From assembly GCA_017451295.1 (NCBI GenBank), contig JAFSPW010000057.1, forward strand, positions 8,227-72,226: 64,000 bases of DNA, written 5' to 3'. The notes beneath the pieces were generated by a model. The model did no database searches, had not been told where the DNA came from, and worked only from the letters and a program-made list of their open reading frames with translations. How positions within the stretch are numbered: the stretch's first letter is position 1; each line of letters starts with the position of its first letter. The translations under genes and the position numbers were made by a program. This document shows positions 33,829 through 41,892 of the stretch, in pieces. This DNA comes from Clostridia bacterium (GTDB lineage: Bacteria > Bacillota > Clostridia > Christensenellales > CAG-138).

Positions 33829-34308
33829 ATGCCCATGGAAAAGAAAAACAACTTTTGGCCCTATGCCATCTGCATCCTGTTGTCCCTGCTGGTAGGGGGT
33901 GTGGCCACCCTGGTGTCCATGGACGGTATGCGCGCCTTCCAAAACCTGCAGCAAGCGCCCCTGACCCCGCCGCCGGTGGTGTTCTCCATCGTCTGGTCCA
34001 TCCTGTATATCCTTCTGGGGGTCTCGGCGGCCATGGTGTACATCGCCCCGCCCCGGGGGATAAAGGAGCAGCATCTGCTCTTTGGGGCGGCGCTGGTGCT
34101 GAACTTCCTTTGGACGGTGCTCTTCTTTGCCCTGGGGCTGCGACTCGCTGCGTTTGTGGTGCTGCTAGTCATGCTGGCGGTGGCTGTGGGCACCGTGGTG
34201 CGCTATGGCCCCCTCTCCAGAACCGCCGCCCTGCTGCAGATACCCTATGCCCTGTGGCTCCTGTTCGCCGGGTATCTGAATCTAATGGTCTTCCTCCTGA
34301 ACGGCTAA
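33829..34308 (+). CDS. tspO: TspO/MBR family tryptophan-rich sensory protein
   Basis: 159 aa, five TM helices. Family-typical LTPPPVVFSIVWSILYILLGVSA ... IPYALWLLFAGYLN. Confidence 0.85.
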   Translation: MPMEKKNNFWPYAICILLSLLVGGVATLVSMDGMRAFQNLQQAPLTPPPVVFSIVWSILYILLGVSAAMVYIAPPRGIKEQHLLFGAALVLNFLWTVLFFALGLRLAAFVVLLVMLAVAVGTVVRYGPLSRTAALLQIPYALWLLFAGYLNLMVFLLNG

Positions 34309-34310
34309 AA

Positions 34311-34342
34311 CAAAAGGGGCTTTTTGGCCCCTTTGTTTCCTT
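34311..34342 (+). terminator. tspO intrinsic terminator
   Basis: AAAGGGGC-tttttg-GCCCCTTT followed by GTTTCCTT. Confidence 0.7.
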
Positions 34343-34616
34343 CTGTCTGTGATGTGTGACGGGCGTGACGGGCATTTCCTAAAACTATTTTAGATTAAAA
34401 ATTAAAAAACGCCCTATACTAGTTTTATGTATTGGCCGTCACGGCCGTCACACCTGGGGCAGGCAAGCCGTTTTTCGGCTGTCTGTGATGTGTGACAGTC
34501 GTGACAGTCGTTTCTAAAAACTATTTTAGATTAAAAATTAAAAAACGCCCTATACTAGTTTTATGTATTGACTGTCACGACTGTCACACCTGGGTAGGCA
34601 AGCCGTTTTTCGGCTG
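34343..34616. repeat. 2 x 136-bp tandem repeat, each unit with 20-bp inverted arms built from doubled 9-mers around an identical AT-rich core
   Basis: Unit 1 arms: 34354-34373 (GTGTGACGGGCGTGACGGGC) and 34434-34453 (GGCCGTCACGGCCGTCACAC). Unit 2 arms: 34490-34509 (GTGTGACAGTCGTGACAGTC) and 34570-34589 (GACTGTCACGACTGTCACAC). The cores (..CTATTTTAGATTAAAAATTAAAAAACGCCCTATACTAGTTTTATGTATTG) are identical. Confidence 0.9.
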
Positions 34617-34618
34617 CC

Positions 34619-36100
34619 TTATTTGTGATACAGCTTCTTGGTCTGGTACACGGGCTCGCAGGTCACATGGATGCCCAGCTTGCGAAGGAGCTTCAAATCC
34701 ACCTCCGCCAGAATGACGGTGGAGTGCATCTCGCAGCCCTTGAGGGCGTTGAGCTGCTCCATCGCCAGCTCCGCCGTGGGGTTGGTGGCGGCGCTGATGG
34801 ACAGGGCCAGCAGGATTTCATCCGTGTGCAGCCTTGGGTTCCGGTTCCCCAGATGGTCCACCTTCAGATGCTGGATAGGCTCGATAATCACCGGCGAGAT
34901 AATCCGCATCTCATGGGGAATCCCCGCCAGCTCCTTGAGGGCGTTGAGCAGCATGGCGGAGGCGGCGCCAAGCAAAGGCGAGGACCCGCCGGTCACAATC
35001 CGGCCGTCGTTTAGCTCGATGGCGGCGGCAGGACCTTCGCCCTCCTCGGCCCGCCTGAGGGCCGGCACCACCACGGAGCGATTCTCGGGGGTCAGCCCCG
35101 CCTGTTTCATTAAAATGCGGAGCTTGTCCGCTTCCTCTGCGGACATGAGCCCCTGCTTCTTGCTCATCTGGGCGGCAAAGTAGCGGCGGATAATCTCCTG
35201 CTGGGCTTCATAGCGGACGGCATCGTCATCAAAGATGCAGAAGCCCACCATGTTCACGCCCATATCCGTGGGGGACTTATAGGGGGACTGCCCGTAAATC
35301 TGCTCGAACATGGCGTTGAGTACGGGAAAGATTTCGATATCCCGGTTGTAGTTCACGGCGATTTGCCCATAGGCATCCAGGTGGAAGGGGTCCACCATGT
35401 TCACATCGTTCAAATCCGTGGTGGCGGCCTCATAGGCAAGGTTCACCGGGTGATTGAGGGGCAGATTCCAGATGGGGAAGGTTTCAAACTTAGCATACCC
35501 GGCCTTTACGCCCCGCAGGTTCTCGTGATAGAGCTGGGAGATGCAGGTGGCCATCTTGCCGCTGCCGGGACCCGGGGCGGTCACCACCACCAGGGGGCGG
35601 GAGGTCTCCACATAGTCGTTCTTGCCGCAGCCCTGATCGCTCATAATCAGCTGTGCATCCGCCGGGTATCCGGGAATGGAATAGTGGTGGTAGCACTTTA
35701 CCCCCAGGGCTTCCAGGCGGTTGGAGAAGTTCACCGCCGCCGGCTGCCGGGCATACCGGGTGATGACCACGCTGCCCACATAGAGCCCAAAGTCCCGAAA
35801 CACATCGATAAGCCGCAGCACATCCTGGTCATAGGTGATGCCCAAATCCCCCCGGACCTTGTTCTTTTCAATGTCCGAAGCGTTGATGACGATGATAATC
35901 TCCACCTGGTCCTTAAGGGAACGGAGCATCTGCATCTTGCTGTCCGGCTGGAACCCCGGCAGCACCCGGGATGCGTGATAATCGTCAAAGAGCTTGCCGC
36001 CGAATTCCAGGTACAGCTTGCCTCCGAAGGAAGCGATGCGCTGGCGAATGTGTTCCGACTGCATGCGAACGTACTGTTCATGGTCAAAACCGATTTTCAT
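34619..36100 (-). CDS. DUF1846 (UPF0371) family protein
   Basis: MKIGFDHEQYVRMQSEHIRQRI... is a typical UPF0371 N-terminus. ATG 36100 lies 8 nt after GGAGG. Confidence 0.85.
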   Translation of the reverse strand: MKIGFDHEQYVRMQSEHIRQRIASFGGKLYLEFGGKLFDDYHASRVLPGFQPDSKMQMLRSLKDQVEIIIVINASDIEKNKVRGDLGITYDQDVLRLIDVFRDFGLYVGSVVITRYARQPAAVNFSNRLEALGVKCYHHYSIPGYPADAQLIMSDQGCGKNDYVETSRPLVVVTAPGPGSGKMATCISQLYHENLRGVKAGYAKFETFPIWNLPLNHPVNLAYEAATTDLNDVNMVDPFHLDAYGQIAVNYNRDIEIFPVLNAMFEQIYGQSPYKSPTDMGVNMVGFCIFDDDAVRYEAQQEIIRRYFAAQMSKKQGLMSAEEADKLRILMKQAGLTPENRSVVVPALRRAEEGEGPAAAIELNDGRIVTGGSSPLLGAASAMLLNALKELAGIPHEMRIISPVIIEPIQHLKVDHLGNRNPRLHTDEILLALSISAATNPTAELAMEQLNALKGCEMHSTVILAEVDLKLLRKLGIHVTCEPVYQTKKLYHK

Positions 36101-36217
36101 ATACAATTCCTCCCCAAATTAGCCCCCATTATACCACAGCCGACAATAATTTCAACGCTTGTCTTTGTCCGTTTTATATTGTATACTGTAGTGACTATCC
36201 CCACTTGGAGGTGTGCC

Positions 36218-37912
36218 ATGCGGTTTTCGGACATGCCCTATATTCGCCCGGACAAGGATCTGTTGGAAGAACAGATTGCCGAACAGCTCGAGCTGCTGCA
36301 ATCGACAGATTTCTCCACGGCGGATGGGGCTTTTGTGGCCCTCGAAAAGATTTTCTCCGGCGTGCAGACGGCGGTGAGCCTTTGCTACATCCGCCACTCC
36401 ATCAACACGGAGGATGCCTTCTATGCCGCCGAGCAGGAGTATCTGGACGAGACCATGCCCGAGCTTGAGCAGCTGCAGCAGACCGTGTATGGGGCCTTGG
36501 CTGCCTGCCCCTGCCAAAAGGAGTTTGAAAGCAAATACGGCTCGCTGATGTTCACCAACATCAGCATCCGCCTGCGCTCCTTCTCAGCGGAGCTCATTCC
36601 CTCTATGCAGGAGGAGAACAAGCTGACCACCGCCTATGAAAAGCTCATCGCCTCCGCCCAGATTCCCTTTGAAGGGGAGGTATTGACCCTGGTGCAGCTC
36701 GGGCCCTATCAGCAGAGTACCGACCCTATGATGCGTAAAAAGGCCTGGCTGGCTGCGGCGGGCTTTTATACCGAGCACCGGCAGGAGCTCGACGACATCT
36801 ATGACGGTTTGGTGAAGCTGAGAACCAAGATGGGCCGCCAGATGGGCTATGAGAACTATATCCCCCTGGGGTACGACCGCATGGAGCGCAACTGCTACAC
36901 CAAGGAGGATGTGCAGGCCTTCCGCCAGGCCATCGTGGACTATGTGGTCCCCGTGGCGGACCGGCTCTATCGCCAGCAGGCAGAGCGCCTGCATCGTCCC
37001 TATCCCTTAAGCTATGCGGACACGACCCCCCGCTTCCTCTCCGGCAACCCCAAGCCCCAGGGCACGGCGGAGGATATTCTGGCCGCCGGCAAGAAGTTCT
37101 ACCATGAGCTCTCCCCCGAAACCTCCGCCTTTATCGACGGTATGTTCGAGAACCAGCTCATGGATGTGCTCAGCCGCAAGGGCAAGGCCGGCGGCGGCTA
37201 CTGCACCGATATTCCGGACTATCACTGTCCCTTCATCTTCGCCAACTTCAACGGCACCCAGGGGGATGTGGAGGTGTTGACCCACGAGGGCGGCCACGCC
37301 TTTGCCGGCTATACCGCCCGGGACATCTTCCCCCCGGAGAACCAAAGCCCCACCATGGAAAGCTGCGAGATTCACTCCATGAGCATGGAGTTCTTCGCCT
37401 GGCCCTGGGCGGAGGCGTTCTTCGGCCCCGAGGCGGACAAGTACCGCTATTCCCACCTGATGGGCGCCATCACCTTTTTGCCCTACGGCGCCATGGTGGA
37501 CCACTTCCAGCACATCGTCTATGAGCAGCCGGACCTGACCCCTGAAAAGCGCCATGAGAAGTGGGCGGAGCTGACCGCTATCTATATGCCCTGGATTAAG
37601 CTCGATATGCCCTTCTGGGGCGAAGGGAGAGCCTGGCAGCGGCAGAGCCATATCTATGGCATGCCCTTCTATTATATAGACTACTGCCTGGCCCAGTCCG
37701 TGGCCCTGCAGTTCTGGGCCCTGATGCAGGAGGACAGAGCCGCCGCCTGGCAGCGGTACTATGGCCTTGTTCGGCTGGCGGGCACCAAGACCTATCGGGA
37801 GCTGGTCCTCTCGGCCGGGCTTACGGACCCCTTTAGGCCCGAGGGTCTCAAAGCCGCCTGCGCCGCCGCCACAAAGTGGCTGGACCGGCAGGATGTCACC
37901 AGGTTTCAGTAA
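36218..37912 (+). CDS. M3-family oligoendopeptidase (PepF-like)
   Basis: Start trimmed to ATG 36218 after GGAGGTG; the upstream part of the 849-aa ORF is antisense to DUF1846. Zinc motif HEGGHAF. Confidence 0.9.
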   Translation: MRFSDMPYIRPDKDLLEEQIAEQLELLQSTDFSTADGAFVALEKIFSGVQTAVSLCYIRHSINTEDAFYAAEQEYLDETMPELEQLQQTVYGALAACPCQKEFESKYGSLMFTNISIRLRSFSAELIPSMQEENKLTTAYEKLIASAQIPFEGEVLTLVQLGPYQQSTDPMMRKKAWLAAAGFYTEHRQELDDIYDGLVKLRTKMGRQMGYENYIPLGYDRMERNCYTKEDVQAFRQAIVDYVVPVADRLYRQQAERLHRPYPLSYADTTPRFLSGNPKPQGTAEDILAAGKKFYHELSPETSAFIDGMFENQLMDVLSRKGKAGGGYCTDIPDYHCPFIFANFNGTQGDVEVLTHEGGHAFAGYTARDIFPPENQSPTMESCEIHSMSMEFFAWPWAEAFFGPEADKYRYSHLMGAITFLPYGAMVDHFQHIVYEQPDLTPEKRHEKWAELTAIYMPWIKLDMPFWGEGRAWQRQSHIYGMPFYYIDYCLAQSVALQFWALMQEDRAAAWQRYYGLVRLAGTKTYRELVLSAGLTDPFRPEGLKAACAAATKWLDRQDVTRFQ

Positions 37913-38015
37913 GAATCAGGAACGCAGAGAGAGCACCGGGGTCTTCCGGTGCTCTTTTTATGAATATGTGCAGCCGCTTGGTCATAGGTTGTACCAAACA
38001 TCTGGGAGGTGCAAC

Positions 38016-38831
38016 ATGCCGATTATCGTGGTTACCAAAAAATCCCTTCTCACGGGGGCAGTGCTGCTGCTGCTAATGGCGGGAGCCATCTTTCTGCTGG
38101 TGCGGCATAATACAAAGGCCGAAGCTGAGACTGCCGCCGCCATGGTCCAGGTGGACAACTATGAGCTCAATGTCCTGCCTATGCTGGGGCGGGAGCTGCC
38201 GGTGTACGCCGTAGGGCGGGAGGATAAGCACATCGCCCTCACCATCGACGCCGCCTGGGATGCGGATAAGACCCCCTTCATCCTGGACACCCTGGACAAA
38301 TACGGCATCAAGGCCACCTTCTTCCTCTGCGGCGTGTGGGTGAAGCAGTATCCCGACTTTGTGAAGGAGATTGCCGCCCGGGGCCATGAAATCGGCAACC
38401 ACAGCCTGACCCATCCGCACATGAATCGCCTCGATACCATCGCCATCCAGAATGAACTTCGGGAGCTCGATGATATGGTGGAAGAGCTGACGGGTCAGCG
38501 CAGCACGCTCTTTCGCCCGCCCTTTGGGGAGTATAACGACACGGTGATTCGCGCCGCCCGTGAGGCCGGCTATCAGGTGATTCAGTGGTCCCGGGACACG
38601 GTGGACTGGAAGGAAAGCCGCAGCGCCCAGACCATTTTGGACGGGGTCCTGCAAAAGCTGCAAAGCGGGGACATCATCCTTTGCCACAACAACGGCTATA
38701 AGATTGAAACCTATTTGCCGGTGCTCATCGAAACCTGCCAGCAGCAGGGCTATACCTTCGTCACCGTCAGCGACCTGCTCCTCTTGGGAGAGACCTCCAT
38801 CGACAACAACGGCATCCAGCAAGCCAAATAA
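38016..38831 (+). CDS. polysaccharide deacetylase (NodB-homology) family protein, membrane-anchored
   Basis: ATG 38016 after GGGAGGTG, with an N-terminal TM helix. NodB motifs ALTIDAAWD and GNHSLTHPHM. Confidence 0.85.
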   Translation: MPIIVVTKKSLLTGAVLLLLMAGAIFLLVRHNTKAEAETAAAMVQVDNYELNVLPMLGRELPVYAVGREDKHIALTIDAAWDADKTPFILDTLDKYGIKATFFLCGVWVKQYPDFVKEIAARGHEIGNHSLTHPHMNRLDTIAIQNELRELDDMVEELTGQRSTLFRPPFGEYNDTVIRAAREAGYQVIQWSRDTVDWKESRSAQTILDGVLQKLQSGDIILCHNNGYKIETYLPVLIETCQQQGYTFVTVSDLLLLGETSIDNNGIQQAK

Positions 38832-38869
38832 ACCGTATACTTCCCTTTCTTTTGGGGCACACTGTTCCC

Positions 38870-40057
38870 ATGAAGAAAAGGGTAAGAAGAAGCATGGCAG
38901 CGGGGCTGACGGCCCTGCTGTTTTTCTGGTATGCATCACCGGGCACGGCGGCTCTGCGGGCGCTGCCGGAGGCGGTGAGCCCCGATACCTATGTGCAGGC
39001 CATGGGCGTTTCCCGGCGGGAGCAGGCGGCATTGGTGGGGGAGCAGCGGGCGGAGCAGTTGACCCCGCCCCGGCAGGTATACGCCCTCTGGGGCATATTG
39101 CCCCTCAGGGCGGTGCGGACCGTCACCGCCTCGCCTCAAGTCCGTGTCGGCGGCAGAGCCGTGGGCATGGTCCTATACACCAAGGGGGTTCAGGTGGTGG
39201 GCCTTGCCACCGTGGACACGGACACCGGTGCCCAAAGCCCCGCTTCCGCCGCCGGTCTTCGCCAGGGGGATGTTATCCTGGCGGTGGATGGACAAGCCGT
39301 GACCGGGGTAAAGCAGCTAAGTACCCTGCTGCACGCTGGGCAGGGGGCAACCCTGCGTGTGGAACGGGGCGGGCAGGAGCTGTCCCTATCCTTGCGCCCG
39401 GTTCGGGAGGCAAAGAGCGGGCAAATGAAGCTCGGAGCCTGGGTCCGGGAAAGCACCTCCGGCATCGGCACCCTGTCCTTCTCTGAGGGCAAGCGGTTTT
39501 GCGCCCTCGGGCATGGGATAACGGACCTTGATACGGGGGTGAACCTCTGCGCCGGCCGGGGCTTTATCACCCCCGTGGAGCTTGGCCCGGTGGTGGCGGC
39601 AAAGAACGGTCGGGTGGGGGAGCTGACCGGAGCTTTTTCCTCCGCTGAGTCTGAGGCCATGGGCTCCATCGACAGCAACGGTGACTTCGGCGTGGCGGGA
39701 GAGCTGCGGCCCGGTCAAGACATCTTCGGCCCCGCTCTGCCCCTGGGGGAACCCGAGCAAGTGCATACAGGTGCCGCCACCCTCTACAGCGATGCAGCCG
39801 GTACCTGGCGGGCCTATGACTGCCGCATAATCCGCACCAAGGTCCAAAGCTCCCCCGAGGTGCAGGGCATGATGATAGAGGTGACGGATACGGACCTAAT
39901 TTCCCTCACCGGCGGCATTGTGCCGGGCATGAGCGGCAGCCCCATCGTTCAGGACGGGTATCTGGTGGGGGTGGTGACCCATGTGTTTGTCAACGAGCCC
40001 AAAAGGGGCTACTGCATATACGCCCGCTGGATGTATGAAAAACTGATTCAAAAATAG
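38870..40057 (+). CDS. spoIVB: SpoIVB peptidase (S55)
   Basis: PDZ segment (SPASAAGLRQGDVILAVDGQAV) plus an S55 core (GIGTLSF...ALGHGITD...GMSGSPIVQDG). The start is uncertain: ATG 38870 or TTG 38852. Confidence 0.85.
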   Translation: MKKRVRRSMAAGLTALLFFWYASPGTAALRALPEAVSPDTYVQAMGVSRREQAALVGEQRAEQLTPPRQVYALWGILPLRAVRTVTASPQVRVGGRAVGMVLYTKGVQVVGLATVDTDTGAQSPASAAGLRQGDVILAVDGQAVTGVKQLSTLLHAGQGATLRVERGGQELSLSLRPVREAKSGQMKLGAWVRESTSGIGTLSFSEGKRFCALGHGITDLDTGVNLCAGRGFITPVELGPVVAAKNGRVGELTGAFSSAESEAMGSIDSNGDFGVAGELRPGQDIFGPALPLGEPEQVHTGAATLYSDAAGTWRAYDCRIIRTKVQSSPEVQGMMIEVTDTDLISLTGGIVPGMSGSPIVQDGYLVGVVTHVFVNEPKRGYCIYARWMYEKLIQK

Positions 40058-40108
40058 CGGAAATTCCGGAAAAATTCCGGAAGTATTATAAATACCGGAA
40101 AATTCCGG
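40058..40108. repeat. three CCGGAA-N(1-3)-TTCCGG palindromes between spoIVB and spo0A
   Basis: CGGAAATTCCG (40058-40068), CCGGAAAAATTCCGG (40066-80), CCGGAAAATTCCGG (40095-40108). A further half-site TTTTCCGGC lies at 40132-40140. Confidence 0.8.
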
Positions 40109-40160
40109 CATATTTACAATTTGTTCATGGCTTTTCCGGCTTTTTCACCATAAATGCATA

Positions 40161-40189
40161 TTGTAATTTTGTGAAAATATCGTTAGTAT
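40161..40189 (+). promoter_or_regulatory. candidate sigmaA-type spo0A promoter
   Basis: TTGTAA (40161-66), 17 nt spacer, TAGTAT (40184-89). Confidence 0.45.
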
Positions 40190-40261
40190 GACAGCAGGCA
40201 CAACAAAGCGTGCCCCACATATATTCACATAAATAACAATTCAGAAAGAGAGAAAAAGCAC

Positions 40262-41044
40262 ATGAAGACTCTTCGCATCGTCAGCGCCGACGAGGAAACA
40301 ACGGAGGCCCTTTTTGCCGCCCTGCTACGCAAGAAACAGTTTCGTGTTTTGCCGCCTTTGCACGATGGCCGGGAATTGCTGGAGACCTACATGGAGGAAC
40401 CGGCGGATATTCTGGTTATCGATTTGGAGCTGCCGGGCATCGACGGGCTGGAGATTGTGGAAGCCGTGGAGGCCTTGCCGCTTCTGAAGCGACCGCTCAT
40501 TCTGGTCATGACCCAAAAGGCCAAGGGCCTAATTCTGGAAAGTCTGGGGGAGCACATCGTCTATTGCTTTTTCAAACCCCTTGATCCGGAGCAGACGGCC
40601 ACCCGCATCCTGTTCCTTTGCAAGGGGGAGGAGCGGCTCGTGAATCCGGACTATGGGTATCTCGATTTTGTGGTGACCCAAACCCTGTTTAAGCTCGGCG
40701 TGCCGCCCCATCTGCAGGGGTATCACCTGTTGCGCGAAGCCATTAAGCTCGTAAACTGCGCCGAGCAGCCCGCTCGCCTTTCGGTCATGAAGGACATCTA
40801 TCCGGCTGCTGCCCGGCTGTGCGGTACCTCCGTCTCCATGGCGGAGCATGCCATGCGCCACGCCATTGAATGCGCCTGGATGCGGGCGGATATCAACACC
40901 ATCCAAACCTACTTCGGCTATACGGTGGAAGCCCATCGGGACACCCCTTCCAACTCCGCCTTCATCCACATGGTGGCCGATCGGGTGCGGATGCGCCTTA
41001 GCGCCCAGGCCCCGGAGGAGGAGACCGAGGAGGCAAAGAAGTGA
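40262..41044 (+). CDS. spo0A: sporulation master regulator Spo0A (receiver + Spo0A_C domain)
   Basis: The C-terminal domain matches the Spo0A DNA-binding domain (GVPPHLQGYHLLREAI...SMAEHAMRHAIECAWMRADINTIQTYFGYT...PSNSAFIHMVADRV). The receiver keeps D (VIDLELPG), T (VMT) and K (FFKPLD). It sits in the canonical position after spoIVB. Confidence 0.8.
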   Translation: MKTLRIVSADEETTEALFAALLRKKQFRVLPPLHDGRELLETYMEEPADILVIDLELPGIDGLEIVEAVEALPLLKRPLILVMTQKAKGLILESLGEHIVYCFFKPLDPEQTATRILFLCKGEERLVNPDYGYLDFVVTQTLFKLGVPPHLQGYHLLREAIKLVNCAEQPARLSVMKDIYPAAARLCGTSVSMAEHAMRHAIECAWMRADINTIQTYFGYTVEAHRDTPSNSAFIHMVADRVRMRLSAQAPEEETEEAKK

Positions 41045-41865
41045 ACACAGATCCCATAACCGCCTGCTTGCTGCTGCAGTCACAAAACCGCAGTACCGCC
41101 GCCGCTTTTTGCGAGGGACTCGGCATCGCAGCCTCTGGCCGGATTTTGCCTGGCACCGTCTTTGCTTTAGCGGAGGAAGCCTGTTTGTCGCGCCTCGACA
41201 GGAGCGCCGTTAGCGACCTTAGGCTGAACCGAACGCCGCTCTTTCTTTTGATGGAACCGGGCCGCCCGCTGCCCGTGGAGATAGATCACCTTGTCACCTA
41301 TGTGTTCTACAAGCCCCTCTCTTTGGAACTGGTGCTGCGGCGCATCGTTCTGCTGCTTGGCGGGCAGCAGACCAACGGAGGCCGCAGCGAGTGGTTTTGC
41401 TTCCAGGCCCAATGCTCCCTGGATGCCCTGGGGGTCCAGCGGCATCTGCTGGCCTTTGCCTACTTCTCCGATGCCATCGGGATTCTGGCCCAAAAGGTCC
41501 ATCCCTCCCGGACCAAGCTCATGAATCAGCTGTACCCGGCCCTGGCCCAGCGCCACGGTTCCTCCCCGGTGATGGTGGACAGAGCCATGCGCCATGGGGT
41601 GGAAAGCTGCTGGCATCGGGCGGACAAGTCGGTTCAGCGCCAATACTTTGGCTACAGCCTCCAGGACAAGAAGGGCATGCCCACCAACGGCGAGTTTCTC
41701 TTTGCCCTGTTCGAGCATGTGAAGATGCTCCTGCCCTATGATACGGGCAAGGCGGCCTTTATGCGGGAGATTATGGAGATAAACCTGCCCGTGACCGGTT
41801 TGCAGACCGATTTGAATATTGCCCGGGAACGGTTGCCTTTCCGGGAGGAAACTGGTATACTGTAG
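41041..41865 (+). CDS. Spo0A-like paralogue with degenerate (pseudo-)receiver domain
   Basis: The GTG start overlaps the spo0A stop (GTGA). The C-terminus is Spo0A_C-like (LYPALAQRHGSSPVMVDRAMRHGVESCWHRADKSVQRQYFGY...PTNGEFLFALFEHV). The N-domain lacks the phospho-acceptor Asp context (LFLLMEPG). Confidence 0.65.
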   Translation: MNTDPITACLLLQSQNRSTAAAFCEGLGIAASGRILPGTVFALAEEACLSRLDRSAVSDLRLNRTPLFLLMEPGRPLPVEIDHLVTYVFYKPLSLELVLRRIVLLLGGQQTNGGRSEWFCFQAQCSLDALGVQRHLLAFAYFSDAIGILAQKVHPSRTKLMNQLYPALAQRHGSSPVMVDRAMRHGVESCWHRADKSVQRQYFGYSLQDKKGMPTNGEFLFALFEHVKMLLPYDTGKAAFMREIMEINLPVTGLQTDLNIARERLPFREETGIL

Positions 41866-41892
41866 GCAAATACAAGCAGAAGGAGCCAGTCA

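Noticed and set aside
34343-34616. Possible CRISPR array, or the 74-aa ORF 34492..34716 within the repeat.
   Set aside because: There are only two units of 136 bp, with no short repeat/spacer alternation and no cas genes. The ORF is not conserved between the two copies: the equivalent ATG in copy 2 hits a stop after 2 codons.
35363-36217. N-terminal 285-codon extension of the PepF ORF (849-aa version).
   Set aside because: The extension is antisense to the DUF1846 gene and has shadow-frame composition. A strong SD plus ATG at 36218 gives a full-length M3 peptidase.
37761-38015. N-terminal extension of the polysaccharide deacetylase ORF overlapping the pepF 3' end.
   Set aside because: The sequence is Pro/Gly/Arg-rich and non-homologous. 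GGGAGGTG plus ATG at 38016 gives a protein that starts with a normal TM anchor.
40058-40110. Reading the GGAAAT/GGAAAAAT repeats upstream of spo0A as a sigmaH-type promoter.
   Set aside because: No properly spaced GAAT -10 element follows any of the AGGAWWT-like boxes. The palindromic symmetry fits operator sites better.
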